Shown: positions 60,455-64,000 of the stretch, piece by piece
Layout of the letters: every line of letters starts with the position of its first letter
Numbering within the stretch: position 1 is the stretch's first letter
Assembly: GCA_021817125.1 (NCBI GenBank)
Contig: JAKAWC010000002.1
Location: 3,589 to 67,588, forward strand
Source of the DNA: Candidatus Micrarchaeota archaeon
Lineage (GTDB): Archaea > Micrarchaeota > Micrarchaeia > Micrarchaeales > CABMGC01
DNA: 64,000 bases
Reading direction: 5' to 3'
Translations under genes and position numbers: made by a program
Notes under the pieces: generated by a model
Told to the model about the DNA's origin: nothing
Database searches by the model: none
The model's input: the letters and a program-made list of their open reading frames with translations, nothing else

Positions 60455-61537
60455 ATGGCAGATTCCATACGTTTGGGGAGCGTATTCGGGATAAGCGTAG
60501 AGCTCCACTGGACGATAGTGCTCCTGTTCCTGTTCTCATTGATAATCCCCGCATTGTTCTTCTTCTTCCTCCTGGTATTCCTGTCGGTCTTCCTCCACGA
60601 ACTATCGCACTCTCTAACCGCGCTCAGGAACGGCGTCAGGGTGCGGAAGATACTGCTCAACCCGATAGGCGGAGCGTCGATTCTGGACGACATCAATCTG
60701 GACCCGAGGATAGAGTTCAAGATATCAATAGTCGGACCGTTATCAAACATCGTCATAGCCGGGCTCGCGGGCATGCTCGTCACGTTTACGCCCATAGGAC
60801 CGGTGACGCAGACGGTGCAGCTGCTCTTCGAGATAAACTTGCTGCTCGGGGTAGGGAACATCCTGCCGATATTCCCTCTTGACGGGGGGAGGATATTCAG
60901 GAGCTACCTGCAGGAGACACGCAGCAAGTTCGATGCAACCATGATGACAGCGAGGATGAGCAAGGCCCTACTCCTGCTGATCGTGCTCGGCACCCTGGCA
61001 TTCGTGCTCCTTGAGACATCGTACTCGCCTGAGTACAGAGAGTTCGTCTTCTTATGGGATCTCTTCATAGTCATAGTCCTATATGGGGGCACCAGAGCTG
61101 AGGAACAGATGGCAGTCATTAGAAAGGAGACCGCTGGGCTGACCATCAAGGATGCGATAAGGAGAAAATTCATATTCACTGAGCCCGGCAGGATGCTGAG
61201 CGACCTCTACACTGAGATAAAGGACGCAAAGGATCATATCGCGATAACCCGGATGGGAAACGACTTCTACTTTGCAGCAATTAACCGGGCCAGGAGGACC
61301 AGAGGGGCCGTACTGGTCAGGGACGTTGCGGTTGGCGTGCCGACATTCACCGAGAAGACCAATCTTGTAGATGCGCTTGCCACGATAGAGGGCAATGATG
61401 CCCCCCTGGGGGTGGTGCTGAAGGGCAACAAGCCCGTAGGCGTCGTCACCGCAGCCCACCTCGAGTCTATCATCTCGCTGCACATGCTGGCGCAGAGGGA
61501 GAAGCAACTCCGACGCAAAGAAGAGCAAGGAATTTAA
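60455..61537 (+). CDS. site-2 protease (M50 family) with a C-terminal CBS domain pair
   Basis: FLHELSHSL (HExxH) and NLLPIFPLDGGR in TM segments. The C-terminal ~140 aa are CBS-like (GVVTAAHL). Confidence 0.85.
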   Translation: MADSIRLGSVFGISVELHWTIVLLFLFSLIIPALFFFFLLVFLSVFLHELSHSLTALRNGVRVRKILLNPIGGASILDDINLDPRIEFKISIVGPLSNIVIAGLAGMLVTFTPIGPVTQTVQLLFEINLLLGVGNILPIFPLDGGRIFRSYLQETRSKFDATMMTARMSKALLLLIVLGTLAFVLLETSYSPEYREFVFLWDLFIVIVLYGGTRAEEQMAVIRKETAGLTIKDAIRRKFIFTEPGRMLSDLYTEIKDAKDHIAITRMGNDFYFAAINRARRTRGAVLVRDVAVGVPTFTEKTNLVDALATIEGNDAPLGVVLKGNKPVGVVTAAHLESIISLHMLAQREKQLRRKEEQGI

Positions 61538-61575
61538 AGATTAGTTCTCTAAGAATAAATGCGACCGGTGCAGTA

Positions 61576-64000
61576 ATGCTATACCTCAAGTCATTGGTAT
61601 TGGACAAGTTCAAGTCCTTCAAGCACGCCGAGCTCCTTTTCAACAACGGGTTCACATGTGTAGTCGGGCCGAACGGCAGCGGCAAGTCCAACATATGCGA
61701 TGCACTGTTCTTTGGCCTCGGCGAGACCTCTCTTAGGAGGATGAGGGCTAAGAAGCTCACTGACCTCATAATGCTTGGGCAGAAGAAGAGAGCAGGCGAG
61801 CTTCCAAAGGCATACATAAAGGCGGAGTTCTCAGGTGATGAGGATATAACCATACTCCATGCGGTCCGCGCAGACGGCAAGGCGCTGTTCAAGGTCAATG
61901 GGAAGAAGACGACCAGGCAGGAAGTCACAGAGGTGCTCAAGAAGCACAACATCCACATCGATGAGACCAGCACCATAGCACAAGGGGAGATCCAGGCGAT
62001 AAGCGACATGTCCCCGAGGGAAAGGAGGGAGCTTATAGACATCGCAGCTGGCATACAGGAGTTTGAGGCCAAGAAGACCGAGGCGATGCGGGAGCTGGAG
62101 AAGGTCTCGACCAAGGTCAACGAAGCGAATATAATGCTGCACGAGCGGGGTGCATTCCTGGGGGAGCTCGAGAAGGAGAAGGAGGCGGCAGAGAAGTACA
62201 CCACCCTCGCCGCAAGGCAACGCATCCTCAACTATAGCATTCTCACGTCTAGGAAGGGCCAGGCACAGCAGTCTCTGGACTCTTACACCAAGGAGATGGC
62301 GCTCATGGACGCCAAGGCGAACGAGATCCAGGCGGGCACCGACGAGCAGACGCGGAAGATAGAGCAATTCAGCGCCGATAGGCAGATAATAATGAAGGAG
62401 ATTGCGGAAGGCAGCAAGAACGCCGGCGAGACCAACAAGAAGCTGGAAGAGATAAACAAGGAGCTTGCGACCATCGCAGTCGAAGTGGACAACTTTGCCA
62501 GGGAGATGGATGAGAAGAGCAAGTTCTCAAAGGGCGCGAGCGAAGAGATAAGGAAGGCAAAGGAGACTGTCGAGACCGATGCAAAGAAGATCGAGGAGAA
62601 GAAGAAGGCCCTCGCTGAGATAACGGCACAGCTCGGCGAGTCAAAGGCGAGTACCGAGCTAGGCCAGGAGGAAGTAGAGAAGCGGCTCAAAGTGGCATCG
62701 GATGAGATAGGTTCATACGAGGCGAAGATAAATTCGCTCCAGGCAAACATAGGCACGCTCAACACAGAGATAACTCTGGGCAGGTCGAACAAGGAGAATG
62801 CTGACAAGGCGCAAACAAAGGCAGAGAAGGCGCGCATCGAGAAGAAGAGAACGCTCGACGACATAGCGAAGAAGGCATCAAAGCTTACCTCCGAGAGCAA
62901 ACTGAAACAGACCGAGGTCACCGCCGCAGAAGACAGGCTGGGTCAGATAGAACACGAAATATCTGACATAGACGAGAGGCACATCCAACTCATGGAGCAG
63001 CGCAGCATGGTCCGTGAGAACGCGTCGGTAGGAAAGATAAAAGATGCATTTACCGACAAGGACGGCTTCTACGGAAAGGCGGGTGAGCTTTGCACCTACT
63101 CGCTTGACGATGCGATAGCTGTCGAGACGGCGGCAGGCGCCAGGTTTGATTACCTGGTCGTAGACACCATAAGCACCGCCAACAAGATGATCGAGTTCCT
63201 GAAGAAAAACGACCTTGGCAGACTCACGTTCATGCCTTTGAAGGAGCTCCGGGCAGAAGATGTCGACTACTCAGACAGCATGCAACCTGCGATAAACCTC
63301 ATTAAGTTTGATGCAAAGTTCAAGAAGGTCTTCAACTACATACTCGGCAACACCTACGTGATAAAGGGAACTGAGGATGCCAAGAAGCACGGCATAGGCA
63401 AGCACAGGTACGTCACCCCGGCGGGAGAGCTTGTCGAGCAGTCCGGCATTCTGTCCGGCGGCTCTACGAAGAAACGGATGTCAGTCTCAGTGATCGACGG
63501 CCAGATAAAACTCCTGGCAAAACAGAAGACCGAGCTCAGGGCTGAGCACGAAACGTTGTCTGCAAAGACGAAGCAGCTCAGGAAAGAACAGGCTGCGATA
63601 GAGGTGGAATTCGACACGCTGCGCAAGGATGGCGAACGGCTCGAGGGCGAGCTCAAGGAGATTGCCGCCGAGGCGGAGACCAGTGCGTCGTATGTTGAGG
63701 AACTGGACGCAAAGATCAGGGATACAGAGAAGAGGATGCTGATGCTAGATAAGGAGAAGCTCGAAAGCATGGAGCGGCTCACAGCGGCAAAGGAGCAGCA
63801 GGCTAGATTGATAACCGAATCGGTCGAAGCGGGCAGGAAGATTGCAAAGCTCGGCAAGGCCGAACGGGAGAAGATAAAGAAGCTCACCGATGGGGCAACC
63901 GCGCTCCAGGTGGAGATAGCCACCCTGATGACAGAGAGGAGCATGCTCGTTTCGAAGATAACCGACGATGAGACCGCGGTTACCGCAGCGAAGAAGGAGG
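61576..64000 (+). CDS. smc: SMC chromosome segregation ATPase, N-terminal ~808 codons (3' end beyond the window)
   Basis: Hand translation from ATG 61576: MLYLKSLVLDKFKSFKHAELLFNNGFTCVVGPNGSGKSNICDALFFGLGE (Walker A). Long coiled-coil K/E-rich sequence follows, then the hinge (FYGKAGELCTYSLDDAIAVETAAGARFDYLVVDT...LGRLTFMPL). It is absent from the ORF track because no stop occurs within the window. Confidence 0.9.
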   Translation, partial: MLYLKSLVLDKFKSFKHAELLFNNGFTCVVGPNGSGKSNICDALFFGLGETSLRRMRAKKLTDLIMLGQKKRAGELPKAYIKAEFSGDEDITILHAVRADGKALFKVNGKKTTRQEVTEVLKKHNIHIDETSTIAQGEIQAISDMSPRERRELIDIAAGIQEFEAKKTEAMRELEKVSTKVNEANIMLHERGAFLGELEKEKEAAEKYTTLAARQRILNYSILTSRKGQAQQSLDSYTKEMALMDAKANEIQAGTDEQTRKIEQFSADRQIIMKEIAEGSKNAGETNKKLEEINKELATIAVEVDNFAREMDEKSKFSKGASEEIRKAKETVETDAKKIEEKKKALAEITAQLGESKASTELGQEEVEKRLKVASDEIGSYEAKINSLQANIGTLNTEITLGRSNKENADKAQTKAEKARIEKKRTLDDIAKKASKLTSESKLKQTEVTAAEDRLGQIEHEISDIDERHIQLMEQRSMVRENASVGKIKDAFTDKDGFYGKAGELCTYSLDDAIAVETAAGARFDYLVVDTISTANKMIEFLKKNDLGRLTFMPLKELRAEDVDYSDSMQPAINLIKFDAKFKKVFNYILGNTYVIKGTEDAKKHGIGKHRYVTPAGELVEQSGILSGGSTKKRMSVSVIDGQIKLLAKQKTELRAEHETLSAKTKQLRKEQAAIEVEFDTLRKDGERLEGELKEIAAEAETSASYVEELDAKIRDTEKRMLMLDKEKLESMERLTAAKEQQARLITESVEAGRKIAKLGKAEREKIKKLTDGATALQVEIATLMTERSMLVSKITDDETAVTAAKKE

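Overview
The window is an archaeal chromosomal segment. Archaeal hallmarks include an intron-containing tRNA, a histone, aRF1, DnaG-type primase, Hjc, RpoK, AglB, GGGP synthase and geranylgeranyl reductase. All family calls come from motifs read by eye, with no database search. The genome is very compact: convergent genes abut at 43026/43027 and 46998/46999, there are several 1-4 nt start/stop overlaps, and many starts lie 25-50 nt after A/T-rich TATA-like boxes.

Housekeeping backbone:
- Replication, repair and chromatin: RecJ/GAN-like DHH nuclease, Hjc, Toprim protein plus DnaG, histone, SMC (3' end truncated by the window).
- Translation and RNA: NAC, TruD, RNase Z, NFACT-N protein, aRF1, RpoK, and 4 tRNAs: Ser-CGA (with intron), Val-GAC, Ala-UGC and Leu-UAG.
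- Lipid genes: Tes-like radical SAM fragment, GGGP synthase, geranylgeranyl reductase.
- Other: Bcp, thioredoxin, M1 aminopeptidase, VIT1-like transporter, site-2 protease.

Cell-envelope island (about 23.2-44.6 kb):
- A 2,337-aa secreted giant protein.
- An 873-aa hyper-basic, membrane-anchored, low-complexity protein directly downstream of it.
- AglB oligosaccharyltransferase.
- An S-layer protein gene followed by two membrane glycoprotein genes.
- A DUF2079 membrane protein.
- Elsewhere in the window: AglH-like GPT, three GT2s and a processive GT2.

Accessory islets:
- 8.1-12 kb is AT-richer. It holds a methyltransferase with an in-frame TGA, a 4 x ~28-bp repeat array, a tandem Lrp/AsnC regulator and small Zn-finger ORFs.
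- 14.0-15.3 kb holds tRNA-Ser flanked by a DUF2283/DUF4258 toxin-antitoxin pair whose toxin carries an in-frame TAG.

The best candidate for an undescribed system is the giant surface protein plus hyper-basic membrane partner at 23.2-33.3 kb, bracketed by a poly-acidic micro-ORF and a Cys-rich micro-ORF. A second candidate is the KaiC-like ATPase translationally coupled to a sequon/Cys-repeat surface protein at 4.2-6.0 kb. No CRISPR array, rRNA, integrase or reverse transcriptase was seen.
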